A stretch of 64,000 bases of DNA from an uncultured Bacteroidales bacterium (GTDB lineage: Bacteria > Bacteroidota > Bacteroidia > Bacteroidales > ML635J-15). Shown here piece after piece: positions 55,051 through 64,000 of the stretch (position 1 is the stretch's first letter; each line of letters begins with the position of its first letter). The stretch lies in NCBI GenBank assembly GCA_964418565.1, contig CAYQMB010000002.1, positions 1,993-65,992 of the forward strand, read 5' to 3'. The notes under the pieces are model-generated. The model did not search any database, was not told the DNA's origin, and saw only the letters and a list, made by a program, of their open reading frames with translations. A program made the position numbers and the translations under genes.

Positions 55051-56216
55051 AAAAACAAAAGCAGATTGCCATACTGGGCTCCACGGGCTCTATAGGAACA
55101 CAGACACTGGATGTTATCAAACAACATCCGGACAAGTTCAGTGCTGAAATTCTTGTTGCAGGCTCTAATGCAGATTTGCTGATTAAACAAGCAAAGGCAT
55201 TTCAACCCAACATCGTAATTATTGCTAATGAAAAGCGGTATAAACATGTGTCAGATGCCCTTTCCGGTGAGCCGATCAAGGTTTTTGCAGGAGAGGCATC
55301 CATCACCGATGTGGTACAGATGTCAGAAATCGATTTGGTTGTAGCAGGCATGGTTGGCTTTGCCGGGCTGAAACCCGTTTTAAAAGCCATTGAAGCGAAC
55401 AAGCCGGTTGCCTTGGCTAACAAGGAAACCCTGGTGGTTGCAGGCAGTTTAATCATGGAGACTTTAAAACACTCCCGTGCTCCCATCATACCGGTTGATT
55501 CAGAACATTCTGCTATTTTTCAGTGCCTGAATGGCGAACCTGTTAGCAGCATAAAAAAAATCATACTCACAGCTTCTGGCGGTCCTTTCAGACATAAAAG
55601 CTTAAAAGAACTATACAATGTAACTCCGGAGCAAGCACTTAAGCACCCCAATTGGGATATGGGTAATAAAGTGAGCATTGATTCCGCCAGCATGATGAAT
55701 AAAGGTCTTGAAGTTATTGAGGCACGGTGGTTGTTTGGGCTTCCTTCAGACAAAATTGATGTAGTCATTCACCCCGGATCCATTGTACACAGTATGGTAG
55801 AATTTATTGACGGTTCCATGAAAGCCCAGCTGGGCAACACAGACATGCGCCTGCCTATACAGTACGCCTTAAGCTGGCCTGAAAGAATCAACACCCATGT
55901 AGATCCAATTAATCTGACTGAAATCGGGAAGCTGGAATTTGAATCCCCTGATAACAATCGGTTTCCCAACCTGCAACTTGCTTTTGACGCACTAAAGATT
56001 GGTGGAGACTCTGCATGTACACTGAATGCTGCCAATGAAATTGCCGTAGAAGCATTTCTTAACAATGAAATCCGGTTTACAGATATTGCCAGATTAAATC
56101 AACATTGTATGGATGCGCTTCCTGTTCAAAAACCCAATAGCATAGAGGATTTTATTGAATCTGATAAAAGAGCAAGAATCAAAGCAAGTGAATTGTTAAA
56201 AACACTGAAATTATGA
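55047..56216 (+). CDS. dxr: 1-deoxy-D-xylulose 5-phosphate reductoisomerase
   Basis: 'IAILGSTGSIGTQTLDV', 'ALANKETLV', 'PVDSEHSAIFQCL', 'LTASGGPFR' and 'HPNWDMGNKVSIDSASMMNKGLEVIEA'. Confidence 0.97.
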   Translation: MKKQKQIAILGSTGSIGTQTLDVIKQHPDKFSAEILVAGSNADLLIKQAKAFQPNIVIIANEKRYKHVSDALSGEPIKVFAGEASITDVVQMSEIDLVVAGMVGFAGLKPVLKAIEANKPVALANKETLVVAGSLIMETLKHSRAPIIPVDSEHSAIFQCLNGEPVSSIKKIILTASGGPFRHKSLKELYNVTPEQALKHPNWDMGNKVSIDSASMMNKGLEVIEARWLFGLPSDKIDVVIHPGSIVHSMVEFIDGSMKAQLGNTDMRLPIQYALSWPERINTHVDPINLTEIGKLEFESPDNNRFPNLQLAFDALKIGGDSACTLNAANEIAVEAFLNNEIRFTDIARLNQHCMDALPVQKPNSIEDFIESDKRARIKASELLKTLKL

Positions 56217-57520
56217 GCGGACTTATTATGGCGGCACAACTGCTGCTGGCCTTATCACTACTTGTATTTGTCCATGAACTCGGACACTATCTGGCAGCCC
56301 GGGCATTTGGTATCAAAGTGGATAAATTCTTTATCTTTTTTGACTGGCCCGGTAAAATATACAGTAAAAAGGTAAAAGGAACAGAGTACGGAATTGGTAT
56401 GTTGCCCATAGGCGGGTATGTGAAAATTGCCGGCATGATTGATGAATCCATGGACAAGGAGCAAATGAAAAAACCGCCTCAACCATGGGAGTTCCGCTCA
56501 AAACCGGCCTGGCAACGCCTCATCGTTATGATTGCCGGCGTGGTAATGAATGTTATCATTGGCATACTGATTTTCACCTTTTCACATTTGAATTATTCCG
56601 AACAGTATGTAGATGTAACCCAAATTGAGCAAGGCATTTATCCGTATGAATATGCCCGCGACATCGGCCTCCGTGCTGGTGACAAAATTGTTTCCATTGA
56701 CGGGGAAAAAGTAAAGCGTATGTCGGATGTCTTGTCAACCCGCCTTTATCTGGGAGAACAAATCACGGTAAAGCGAAACGGCAATGCTCTTACAATTCCT
56801 TTACCGGATACTCTGTACCGTCATATGATGGATGCCGAAACGCCATTCCTCAGTTATGAAAATTTCCCTGTTGAAATAAAAGCCGTTACTGAAGGTAAGC
56901 CTGCCGAAAAAGCAGGCCTTCACTCTACCGACAACATCCTTGCCGTAAATGGTCATGATATACAAAGTCTGGGAGAATTCCGGGAAATGCTATTTCAAAA
57001 CAAAAGTGATACTGTCCGTATGACAATCAGGCGACTGGGTAATCGCATGGAACTTCAAATGCCGGTTGACAGCACTGGCATGATTGGTATTGAACTGGAT
57101 ATTGATGAATATCCCACCACTGATTACACCTTTTTCTCGGCCATGAAATATGGCTGGCGCGATGCGTTTGAATCCGTCAGTGCCAATGCCAAAGGCATCG
57201 GTAAAGTATTTTCAGGTCAGGAAAAAGCCAGTGAAAGCCTGCAAGGACCTATCGGCATTGCCAAAATTTTTGGTGGAACCTGGAACTGGGCACGTTTCTG
57301 GATGCTTACCGGCATGATATCCATGGTGCTTGCTTTTGTTAATATCCTGCCAATTCCGGCCCTGGACGGAGGACATGTGCTGTTTACCCTGATTGAAATG
57401 GTGACCGGACGAAAACTTCCGGATAAATTTATGGAAATTGTGCAACTGATTGGCCTGGTAATTGTAATGGGCTTGATGATATTTGTTATTGGTAACGATA
57501 TAATCAACCTGTTCCGATGA
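56213..57520 (+). CDS. rseP: RIP (site-2) zinc metalloprotease RseP
   Basis: 'HELGHY' zinc motif in TM1, PDZ region, and C-terminal 'NILPIPALDGGH'. Confidence 0.93.
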   Translation: MSGLIMAAQLLLALSLLVFVHELGHYLAARAFGIKVDKFFIFFDWPGKIYSKKVKGTEYGIGMLPIGGYVKIAGMIDESMDKEQMKKPPQPWEFRSKPAWQRLIVMIAGVVMNVIIGILIFTFSHLNYSEQYVDVTQIEQGIYPYEYARDIGLRAGDKIVSIDGEKVKRMSDVLSTRLYLGEQITVKRNGNALTIPLPDTLYRHMMDAETPFLSYENFPVEIKAVTEGKPAEKAGLHSTDNILAVNGHDIQSLGEFREMLFQNKSDTVRMTIRRLGNRMELQMPVDSTGMIGIELDIDEYPTTDYTFFSAMKYGWRDAFESVSANAKGIGKVFSGQEKASESLQGPIGIAKIFGGTWNWARFWMLTGMISMVLAFVNILPIPALDGGHVLFTLIEMVTGRKLPDKFMEIVQLIGLVIVMGLMIFVIGNDIINLFR

Positions 57521-58332
57521 AAGCAAACACCCTCATAATCTGCCTGCTTATCCTTGCAGCTTCCCTTCAGGGAAACGCACAGGATGACTCCCGTTTTTTT
57601 CCTGATGATTACGATCAGCGCATTATGATCCTGCCTTTTGATCCTTCAATTTACATTAATGACGCAAGCGAATTGTGGATCAGAAACAGTGATATGGATT
57701 ATCAGGAGTTGAAAACTTACCTCAGAAATCAGCTCAACAGCCGCATACACCTTGCTCTGGTAGATTCCTGCGAACCCATTGATCTTATGCAGGATTACAC
57801 AACCGAAGCCAGAAATGAGTTATTGGGTCTGTATACCACGGTCAGCTACGAAATGCGACGTGCCATGCCGGATGAAAAGGAAGAAGACGAAGGCGAAAAA
57901 TTCCTCGGACGCTTTTTTGAGAAGCGTAAAGAAAAAAACTATACCGATACGGTTGTAAAAACACGACGCGAAGCAGGGGAAGTACGGGGAAAACGCTACA
58001 ACACAAGCGATAAATACCTGCATGTTATTTATCAGAATCCCGATTTTATTCCCGAACTTGCCAAACGGCGCAATCTGGATAAAATCCTGTTTGTCAATCA
58101 GCTTGAAATTCAAGGCAGATACGGTGATCCTTACATCAGCGGTGATGGCGAGTCCAGGCGGATGATAAAGGTTCATTACAGCTTATACGACAGCCAGGGC
58201 AAACTTCTGCATGGAGGTTTTTCATCCGTTACCATACCCTTTAATTTAAACGATGTGGAAACGGTTATTAAGGATTATTTTCCGGCTATTGTAAGGCAAA
58301 TGATGTTAAACATTGATTTCAGCAACGAATGA
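57517..58332 (+). CDS. Hypothetical secreted protein
   Basis: Signal peptide 'MKANTLIICLLILAASLQGNAQ' and a central K/E-rich stretch. I recognise no motif. ATGA overlaps link it to both neighbours. Confidence 0.65.
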   Translation: MKANTLIICLLILAASLQGNAQDDSRFFPDDYDQRIMILPFDPSIYINDASELWIRNSDMDYQELKTYLRNQLNSRIHLALVDSCEPIDLMQDYTTEARNELLGLYTTVSYEMRRAMPDEKEEDEGEKFLGRFFEKRKEKNYTDTVVKTRREAGEVRGKRYNTSDKYLHVIYQNPDFIPELAKRRNLDKILFVNQLEIQGRYGDPYISGDGESRRMIKVHYSLYDSQGKLLHGGFSSVTIPFNLNDVETVIKDYFPAIVRQMMLNIDFSNE

Positions 58333-58916
58333 AACTGGTATTTGCAAGCAACAACCCCCATAAACTAAGAGAAGTCAGATCTATCCTTGGGAAAAACCAT
58401 GAGGTGATGAGTCTTGAAGAAGTCGGTTTCAACAAGGAAATTCCTGAAAATGCCGATACCCTGGAAGGCAATGCCAGAATCAAAGCTGAAACCATTTATA
58501 AAGCATTTGGGATCCCCTGTTTTGCTGATGATACCGGTCTGGAAGTCGAAGCCCTGAACAATGCCCCGGGTGTTCATTCAGCACGTTATGCAGGACCTGC
58601 TCAATCAAGCGCCGATAACCTGATAAAACTGATGGAAGTTATGCAGGGCATCAAAAACCGCAACGCCAGATTTCGTACCTCTGTCTGCCTTATTACAGAT
58701 GATGAAATCCGGTTTTTTGACGGTTCGGTGAACGGCCGTATCTCACAAAATGCTGCCGGAACCGAAGGATTTGGTTACGACCCTGTATTTATCCCACTTG
58801 GATACAAAAAAAGCTTTGCTGAACTACCCGCTGAGGTTAAAAATCAAATTAGCCACAGGGGCAAAGCCATTCGAAAACTCGCAGATTACATCAACTTTTT
58901 ATCCGGTCGGATATAA
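58329..58916 (+). CDS. rdgB: Non-canonical purine NTP pyrophosphatase (RdgB/HAM1 family)
   Basis: 'KLVFASNNPHKLREV', 'FADDTGLEVEALNNAPGVHSARYAG', 'GFGYDPVFIP' and 'ISHRGKA'. Confidence 0.94.
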   Translation: MKLVFASNNPHKLREVRSILGKNHEVMSLEEVGFNKEIPENADTLEGNARIKAETIYKAFGIPCFADDTGLEVEALNNAPGVHSARYAGPAQSSADNLIKLMEVMQGIKNRNARFRTSVCLITDDEIRFFDGSVNGRISQNAAGTEGFGYDPVFIPLGYKKSFAELPAEVKNQISHRGKAIRKLADYINFLSGRI

Positions 58917-58974
58917 TAAAATCATCCCTAATCAGTTTATTAAAAACATACTTGTTTCATAAGAAAAACAGGCT

Positions 58975-58982
58975 TATTTTTG
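58975..58982 (+). promoter_or_regulatory. Bacteroidota-type -7 promoter box (TATTTTTG)
   Basis: Matches TAnnTTTG 13 nt upstream of ATG 58996 and 22 nt upstream of ATG 59005. The spacing favours 59005 as the start. Confidence 0.4.
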
Positions 58983-58995
58983 GTTCTAGCTTAAA

Positions 58996-61368
58996 ATGAT
59001 TTATATGAAGTCCATACGCGAAGTTATAACGACCCTTTTATTTATTGTCTTCTTTCAGTTATCCTTTTCTCAGGTGGGTGTAGGGCAATGGCGGGGTCAC
59101 CTTCCTTACTCGTCCGGAATTGCGGTTGCTGAAAGCAATGATAAAGTATATGCAGCTACCGATTACGCTGTGTTTTCCTATGATAAGACCAGCGGAGAAA
59201 CAGAAAAACTCAATAAAATCACAGCCCTTTCAGACATTGGGGTTAGCAGTCTTGCATACAGCGACGAGCACAACTCATTAATAATCGGATACGACAACGG
59301 GAATCTTGACATTCTAAAAAACCGTCGAATCATCAACATTTCAGACATCAAACGTAAAACCATCACTGCACCAAAAAGCATCAACAACATAACCTTCATT
59401 GATGACTTTGCATTTCTGTCCACAGGATTTGGAATAGTTGTTCTTGATGTTGATCGTCAGGAAATAAAATACACTTACTACATTGGCGATATGGGGTCTT
59501 ATCTCTATGTTTACGATATTGATTCTGATGGTGAATACATTTATGCCGCTACGGAAAACGGGATTTACAAAGGGGATTATTACAACGATAACCTTGCAGA
59601 CTATGGCAACTGGGAAATCATCACAGACCTTCCTTCAGAAGATCCCTTCAGCCACCTCCAGGGTAAGGATTTTTCCATACTGGAATTTTTTCAGGGCAAA
59701 CTGATTGCAAATTTACATGATACGGAAAATGATAGAAATGACATGCTGTACACTTACGAAGACAGCGTGTGGAGTTATTTTCCGGACACATCCTTTCACA
59801 CCACCACGCATATTGTATCCAATGGTAATCAGCTTATCCTAAACAAGCGCTATAAATTGTTTTTTCTCAATGAAAATTTAGAGATCGAAAGCAATGTTTT
59901 TCAGTACACTATCCCGGGACAAGGCGGAACTCCCCTGGAACCGCAACACTTTATCCCCGGAAAAGATCATCAGTTGCTTATTGCTGACAAAAAATCAGGG
60001 CTTGTGCTTCAGAATTCCCGATGGAGCCATCAGATAATTAATCTTAACGGCCCTGCTTCATCAGAAGCTTTTGCTATGGATGCACAGGATGGCATTCTAA
60101 TGTCTGTAGCAGGAGGGCGCGACCTTAGCTGGGTACAGCGGTACAATTTTGCTGAAATTAATTATTTCCAAAACCAAAGCTGGCACCAACTAACCTACAA
60201 GGAGGACACAAGCTTATTAAACCTTCGGGACGCTGTTGAAGTGGCCATAAATCCGAAAAACACAAGCCAGGCATTCATTGGTCTGTGGGGTCAGGGTGTT
60301 CTTGAACTTAAAAACGGCCAGCTCAAAGAACATTACACCAGTGAAAATGCCAGTCTCACAGAGATACCCGAAATTGGTTACATTCGCATTGGGGGGCTTT
60401 ATTTTGATCAAAATCAAAACCTGTGGCTTACCAATTCCGGGGGAACGGTACCCATCCATGTCAGAAAACCTGATGGCACATGGATTGGACTAAACTACAG
60501 CAGCCAGATTAATGTTGCCAACATTGGTGATATTCTGGTTACTGAAAATGATCACAAATGGGTTGTTTTACCCGGAGGTAAAGGATTATTTGTCTTTGAT
60601 GACAACGGCACTCCCGAAGACCTCAACGATGACAGAACAAAACGCTTGAGCATCCAGGACGAATACGGAGAAATTATCTCCAACAATATTTTCTCCATTG
60701 CTGAGGATAAAAACGGAAGCATCTGGATAGGCACCAGCGAAGGAGTAGTGGTATATTACACACCGGAGGATGTATTTGAAGAAAATCTGGTTGCCTCCCA
60801 GATTCTAATCCCACGAAACGATGGCACAGATAATGCCGATATCTTACTTGGATCAGAAATTGTAACCGCCATTTGTGTTGACGGTGCCAACAAAAAGTGG
60901 TTCGGCACCCAGAGCGGTGGCGTTTTTAAAACGTCAGAAGATGGTATCACACAGCTTCATCACTTTAATGAATCCAACAGCCCGGTTTTTTCAAACAATA
61001 TTCTGAGCATGGCCATTGAGCCGGAATCCGGTGAAGTCTTTATTGGAACAAATGAAGGTGTTGTTTCATACCGGGGAGAGGCCACTGAGGGCAGCGATGA
61101 TTATTCCAGAGTATACGCCTTTCCCAACCCCGTAAGGCCTGAATACAGAGGCCCTATCACCATTCACGGCCTGATTGCCGGCTCCATTGTCAAAATCACG
61201 GATGTTGCAGGCAACATGGTATTCGAAACCCGCTCAGAAGGCGGACAGGCCATGTGGTATGGAAATAATCTCAATGGCGAAAGGGTGCAAACAGGTGTTT
61301 ATCTGGTGATGGTTGCCAATGAAGATGGGAGCAAGTCACATGTCACAAAAATTCTGTTTATTAACTGA
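58996..61368 (+). CDS. Two-beta-propeller protein with a C-terminal sorting-type domain, PorZ-like (T9SS component)
   Basis: Signal peptide, propeller repeats ('IWIGTSEGVVVY', 'KWFGTQSGGVFK', 'VFIGTNEGVVSY') and C-terminal 'YAFPNPVRPEYRGPITIHGL...VKITDVAGNMVFE...TGVYLVMV'. Size and architecture match P. gingivalis PorZ as I remember it. Confidence 0.6.
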   Translation: MIYMKSIREVITTLLFIVFFQLSFSQVGVGQWRGHLPYSSGIAVAESNDKVYAATDYAVFSYDKTSGETEKLNKITALSDIGVSSLAYSDEHNSLIIGYDNGNLDILKNRRIINISDIKRKTITAPKSINNITFIDDFAFLSTGFGIVVLDVDRQEIKYTYYIGDMGSYLYVYDIDSDGEYIYAATENGIYKGDYYNDNLADYGNWEIITDLPSEDPFSHLQGKDFSILEFFQGKLIANLHDTENDRNDMLYTYEDSVWSYFPDTSFHTTTHIVSNGNQLILNKRYKLFFLNENLEIESNVFQYTIPGQGGTPLEPQHFIPGKDHQLLIADKKSGLVLQNSRWSHQIINLNGPASSEAFAMDAQDGILMSVAGGRDLSWVQRYNFAEINYFQNQSWHQLTYKEDTSLLNLRDAVEVAINPKNTSQAFIGLWGQGVLELKNGQLKEHYTSENASLTEIPEIGYIRIGGLYFDQNQNLWLTNSGGTVPIHVRKPDGTWIGLNYSSQINVANIGDILVTENDHKWVVLPGGKGLFVFDDNGTPEDLNDDRTKRLSIQDEYGEIISNNIFSIAEDKNGSIWIGTSEGVVVYYTPEDVFEENLVASQILIPRNDGTDNADILLGSEIVTAICVDGANKKWFGTQSGGVFKTSEDGITQLHHFNESNSPVFSNNILSMAIEPESGEVFIGTNEGVVSYRGEATEGSDDYSRVYAFPNPVRPEYRGPITIHGLIAGSIVKITDVAGNMVFETRSEGGQAMWYGNNLNGERVQTGVYLVMVANEDGSKSHVTKILFIN

Positions 61369-61374
61369 CAGCAT

Positions 61375-62103
61375 ATGTTTGTCAAGACCAATGCCATTGT
61401 ACTTAATGCCATTAAGTATTCCGATTCCCGCATAATCGCCAGGCTGTTAACACCGGATTTCGGCAAAATTTCAGTAATGGCGTACACCGGGCGCACAAAA
61501 CGGTCTGCAGGCAAAGCTGTCTATTTTCAACCGCTTTATTTACTGGAAACAGAAATCCAACACCGGGAAAACCGGGACATTCAACAGTTGCGAAACCTAC
61601 GCCTGGCAGATAGCACAGGCCAAAACATTACAGATTATCACAAGCAAAGCATTTCCATCTTTCTTGCTGATGTCATGCACCGCAGCCTTCGGGAAAATGA
61701 GCCCGATCAGGCCCTGTTTGATTTTGTATGGCATGCACTGCAGCTTTTTGATAACAGCGATAAGTCCAGTGTAAACTTTCATTTGTTTTTCCTGAGCCAT
61801 TTAATGAAATACCTGGGTTTTTCTCCGGGAAACACCTGGTCGGAAAACAATGCCTATCTGAATATGGACTCCGGAATGTTTGTCAACAGAGAGTCCATCA
61901 ATTCTGCATGCCTTAATGAACGCGAAAGCCGTATCATAGACAGGTTTACCCATTTTTCTGCCAGTGAAATACCTGAAAAAGGGTTCTCCAACAAAGACCG
62001 AAAGCTCGGGCTGGATGCTATGATGAGTTATTATGAACAACACATTCCTGATTTCGGTTATTTAAAATCCTATGATATTCTGAAAACGCTGTACAGCGAA
62101 TAA
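61375..62103 (+). CDS. recO: DNA repair protein RecO
   Basis: N-terminal OB-fold pattern 'TNAIVLNAIKYSDSRIIARLLTPDFGKISVMAY', about 240 aa long, with the helical C-terminal half typical of RecO. Confidence 0.85.
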   Translation: MFVKTNAIVLNAIKYSDSRIIARLLTPDFGKISVMAYTGRTKRSAGKAVYFQPLYLLETEIQHRENRDIQQLRNLRLADSTGQNITDYHKQSISIFLADVMHRSLRENEPDQALFDFVWHALQLFDNSDKSSVNFHLFFLSHLMKYLGFSPGNTWSENNAYLNMDSGMFVNRESINSACLNERESRIIDRFTHFSASEIPEKGFSNKDRKLGLDAMMSYYEQHIPDFGYLKSYDILKTLYSE

Positions 62104-62180
62104 AGTCCGGCCCAATGTAACCTTTATGTAAACTCCACACGTTCTGGTCGGTTTTTCATCGTTTGAGACAGCATTTTTTT

Positions 62181-62188
62181 TAAATTTG
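62181..62188 (+). promoter_or_regulatory. Bacteroidota-type -7 promoter box (TAAATTTG)
   Basis: Matches TAnnTTTG 27 nt upstream of ATG 62216. It lies inside the loop of the inverted repeat GTTTGAG/CTCAAAC. Confidence 0.4.
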
Positions 62189-62215
62189 GCCTCAAACTAA
62201 ACGATTTTTTCATTT

Positions 62216-64000
62216 ATGAAATCCCGACTCAGCTTTCCCCTAATATTCACATTGGTTTTCATCGGGCTTTTAATCGCAGCCATATTCTTCATCCCCAAAC
62301 ACAGGAAAGATATTCGGGACCTAAGCGCCCATGTTAACCCCTTCATCGGAACCGGAGGCCATGGCCACACCTACCCCGGCGCAAGCCTGCCTTTTGGAAT
62401 GGTTCAAATCAGCCCCGACACAAGACTTACCGGTTGGGATGGCTGCAGTGGTTATCATTATACCGACACAATTATTCATGGATTTTCTCATACACACCTT
62501 AGCGGAACCGGCGTATCCGATTATGGTGATGTACTGATAATGCCTGTGCTTGGCGAACCGGTTTTTCACAACAACAGCAAGGACTCCACAAACATGGGTT
62601 ACTCCTCTGGCTTTGATAAGTCCTCGGAAAAAGCCAGCCCCGGATATTACAGCGTCCACCTGAATAAACCGGATGTTGATGCAGAATTCACATGCACAAA
62701 ACGAACAGCATTTCACAAATACCATTTTAACGATACCAGCAAAGACATTCATTTTATTCTGGATCTTGCGCATCGCGATAAGGTAATCAGCTCCGGCATT
62801 AAAAAGGTAAATGAAACGGATGTTGCCGGTTTCAGACGGTCTGAAGCATGGGCTAAAGATCAGCATGTTTACTTTTATGCCAGATTTTCAGAACCGATAC
62901 GGGTGTTTTCCGCCAGGGGTGAAGACCAAAAAACGCATCCGGATTATGACATAGTGGGAAAAAACATAAAAGCCGCCCTGAAATTCAATCCACCTGAAAA
63001 TCATGAAATTATCATAAAAGTAGGAATATCTGCTGTGAGTGTTGAAGGCGCCAGAAAAAACCTTGAAGAAGAAGCGGAAGGTGTCAGCTTTGAAAGCGCC
63101 ACAGAACTTGCCCGCTCAGCATGGAATGATGAGCTAAGCAATATTCTCGTCAGCGGTGGCAGCAAAGCCGACAGAATTAAATTTTATTCTGCCCTGTACC
63201 ACGCCTACCTGGCACCAAATGTCTTCAGCGATGTTGATGGACAATACAGAGGTACCGATTTAAACATTCACCAATCCGACAAGCACGAACAATACACGGT
63301 GTTTTCACTCTGGGACACCTACCGTGCTACACACCCTCTGTTTACCATAACCCAGACAAAACGCACCAAAGATTTTATCACAACCTTCCTGAAACATTAC
63401 GAACAAGGCGGAAAACTTCCTGTCTGGGAACTGGCAGGCAATTACACCGGATGCATGATCGGATATCACGCTGTGCCTGTGATGTATGATGCGTATGCCA
63501 AAGGCATAGTAAAAAAGGACGCTAAACTTGCGCTTAAAGCAATGCAGCATTCAGCCACCATGGATCATCTTGGCCTGCCTGCCTGGATAAAAAAAGGCTA
63601 TATCGGTGTGGAAGATGAGCATGAATCCGTTTCAAAGGCACTGGAATATGCCTATGACGACTGGTGCATCGCTCAAATGGCAAAATTGCAGGAAAACAAG
63701 CAGGTTTATCAAGCCTATATCGCCCGGTCGCAGCAATACAAAAATCATTTTGACCCCAACACCAACCTCATGCGGGCTCGCATCAACGGCAACTGGATCA
63801 AACCCTTTGATCCGGCTGAAGTAAACTTCAATTATACTGAAGCCAACGCATGGCAATACAGCTTTTACGTTCCCCATGATATCCGGAACTGGACAGAAAT
63901 GATGGGGGGCAGAGATTCGCTTTGTTCAATGCTTGACAAGTTGTTTTCTGCCCCAAACAACACTACCGGAAGGCATCAGGTGGATATAACCGGCCTCATC
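62216..64000 (+). CDS. GH92 family alpha-mannosidase, N-terminal ~595 aa (3' end outside the window)
   Basis: This gene is not in the supplied ORF track. I translated it by hand from ATG 62216 and found no stop before the window end. It has an N-terminal TM/signal segment, then 'VNPFIGTGGHGHTYPGASLPFGMVQISPDT', 'FSHTHLSGTG', 'YTVFSLWDTYRATHPL', 'WELAGNYTGCMIGYHAVPV', 'KALEYAYDDWCIAQ' and 'TEANAWQYSFYVPHD', all GH92 hallmarks. Confidence 0.92.
   Translation, partial: MKSRLSFPLIFTLVFIGLLIAAIFFIPKHRKDIRDLSAHVNPFIGTGGHGHTYPGASLPFGMVQISPDTRLTGWDGCSGYHYTDTIIHGFSHTHLSGTGVSDYGDVLIMPVLGEPVFHNNSKDSTNMGYSSGFDKSSEKASPGYYSVHLNKPDVDAEFTCTKRTAFHKYHFNDTSKDIHFILDLAHRDKVISSGIKKVNETDVAGFRRSEAWAKDQHVYFYARFSEPIRVFSARGEDQKTHPDYDIVGKNIKAALKFNPPENHEIIIKVGISAVSVEGARKNLEEEAEGVSFESATELARSAWNDELSNILVSGGSKADRIKFYSALYHAYLAPNVFSDVDGQYRGTDLNIHQSDKHEQYTVFSLWDTYRATHPLFTITQTKRTKDFITTFLKHYEQGGKLPVWELAGNYTGCMIGYHAVPVMYDAYAKGIVKKDAKLALKAMQHSATMDHLGLPAWIKKGYIGVEDEHESVSKALEYAYDDWCIAQMAKLQENKQVYQAYIARSQQYKNHFDPNTNLMRARINGNWIKPFDPAEVNFNYTEANAWQYSFYVPHDIRNWTEMMGGRDSLCSMLDKLFSAPNNTTGRHQVDITGLI

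Noticed and set aside
58950-58981. Weak hairpin CTTGTTT/AAACAGG after rdgB as a terminator
   Set aside because: The stem is only 7 bp including a G-U pair, and it overlaps the candidate promoter box of the next gene. The evidence is too weak to annotate.
62321-62866. 181-aa ORF (and 63305..63550, 63632..63877) on the minus strand
   Set aside because: These are antisense to the GH92 gene that I translated on the plus strand, and the GH92 motifs are unambiguous.
1-64000. Mobile elements, prophage, CRISPR arrays, rRNA
   Set aside because: I found no transposase, integrase or recombinase motifs, no terminal inverted repeats, no regularly spaced direct repeats and no rRNA-like sequence. I could not compute long-range repeat searches, so short dispersed repeats may have been missed.

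Overview
This 64-kb window looks like a chromosomal segment of a Bacteroidota genome. The evidence for that placement is several type IX secretion (T9SS) C-terminal sorting domains, TAnnTTTG-type -7 promoter boxes, and the gene orders rsfS-ftsH-DUF2007-cdsA, acpP-fabF-rnc and M23-dxr-rseP. I call about 50 protein-coding genes and one tRNA-Ala(GGC). I saw no rRNA, CRISPR array, transposase, integrase or phage gene. Most of the window is housekeeping: leuS 3' end, S46 dipeptidyl-peptidase, cdsA, ftsH, rsfS, rnr, nadB, purN, acpP, fabF, rnc, pheS, dxr, rseP, rdgB and recO. The less ordinary parts are these. (1) A 1230-aa membrane sensor fuses a periplasmic beta-propeller/Y_Y_Y region to a class III adenylate cyclase and a C-terminal HD phosphohydrolase, and it is divergently paired with a tandem Usp gene. 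(2) Directly downstream of usp sits a tightly packed operon of uncharacterised envelope proteins: a TM-anchored propeller protein, a lipoprotein and an outer-membrane barrel. That operon ends in an in-frame O-antigen-ligase-like::guanine-deaminase ORF that is coupled to a 3-methyladenine glycosylase gene. (3) A T9SS cargo protein has a PNGase F-like fold that appears to be split by an insertion of about 500 aa carrying a LamG domain. It is convergent with a C10 cysteine peptidase that has two CUB-like domains. (4) A glycan locus contains a flippase, a KpsS-like capsule enzyme and two sulfotransferases from different families. (5) A GH92 alpha-mannosidase gene runs off the 3' edge of the window and is missing from the supplied ORF track. 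All family assignments rest on motif recognition from memory; no database search was possible. I regard items (1) and (2) as the best candidates for an undescribed system, but that is inference rather than demonstration.
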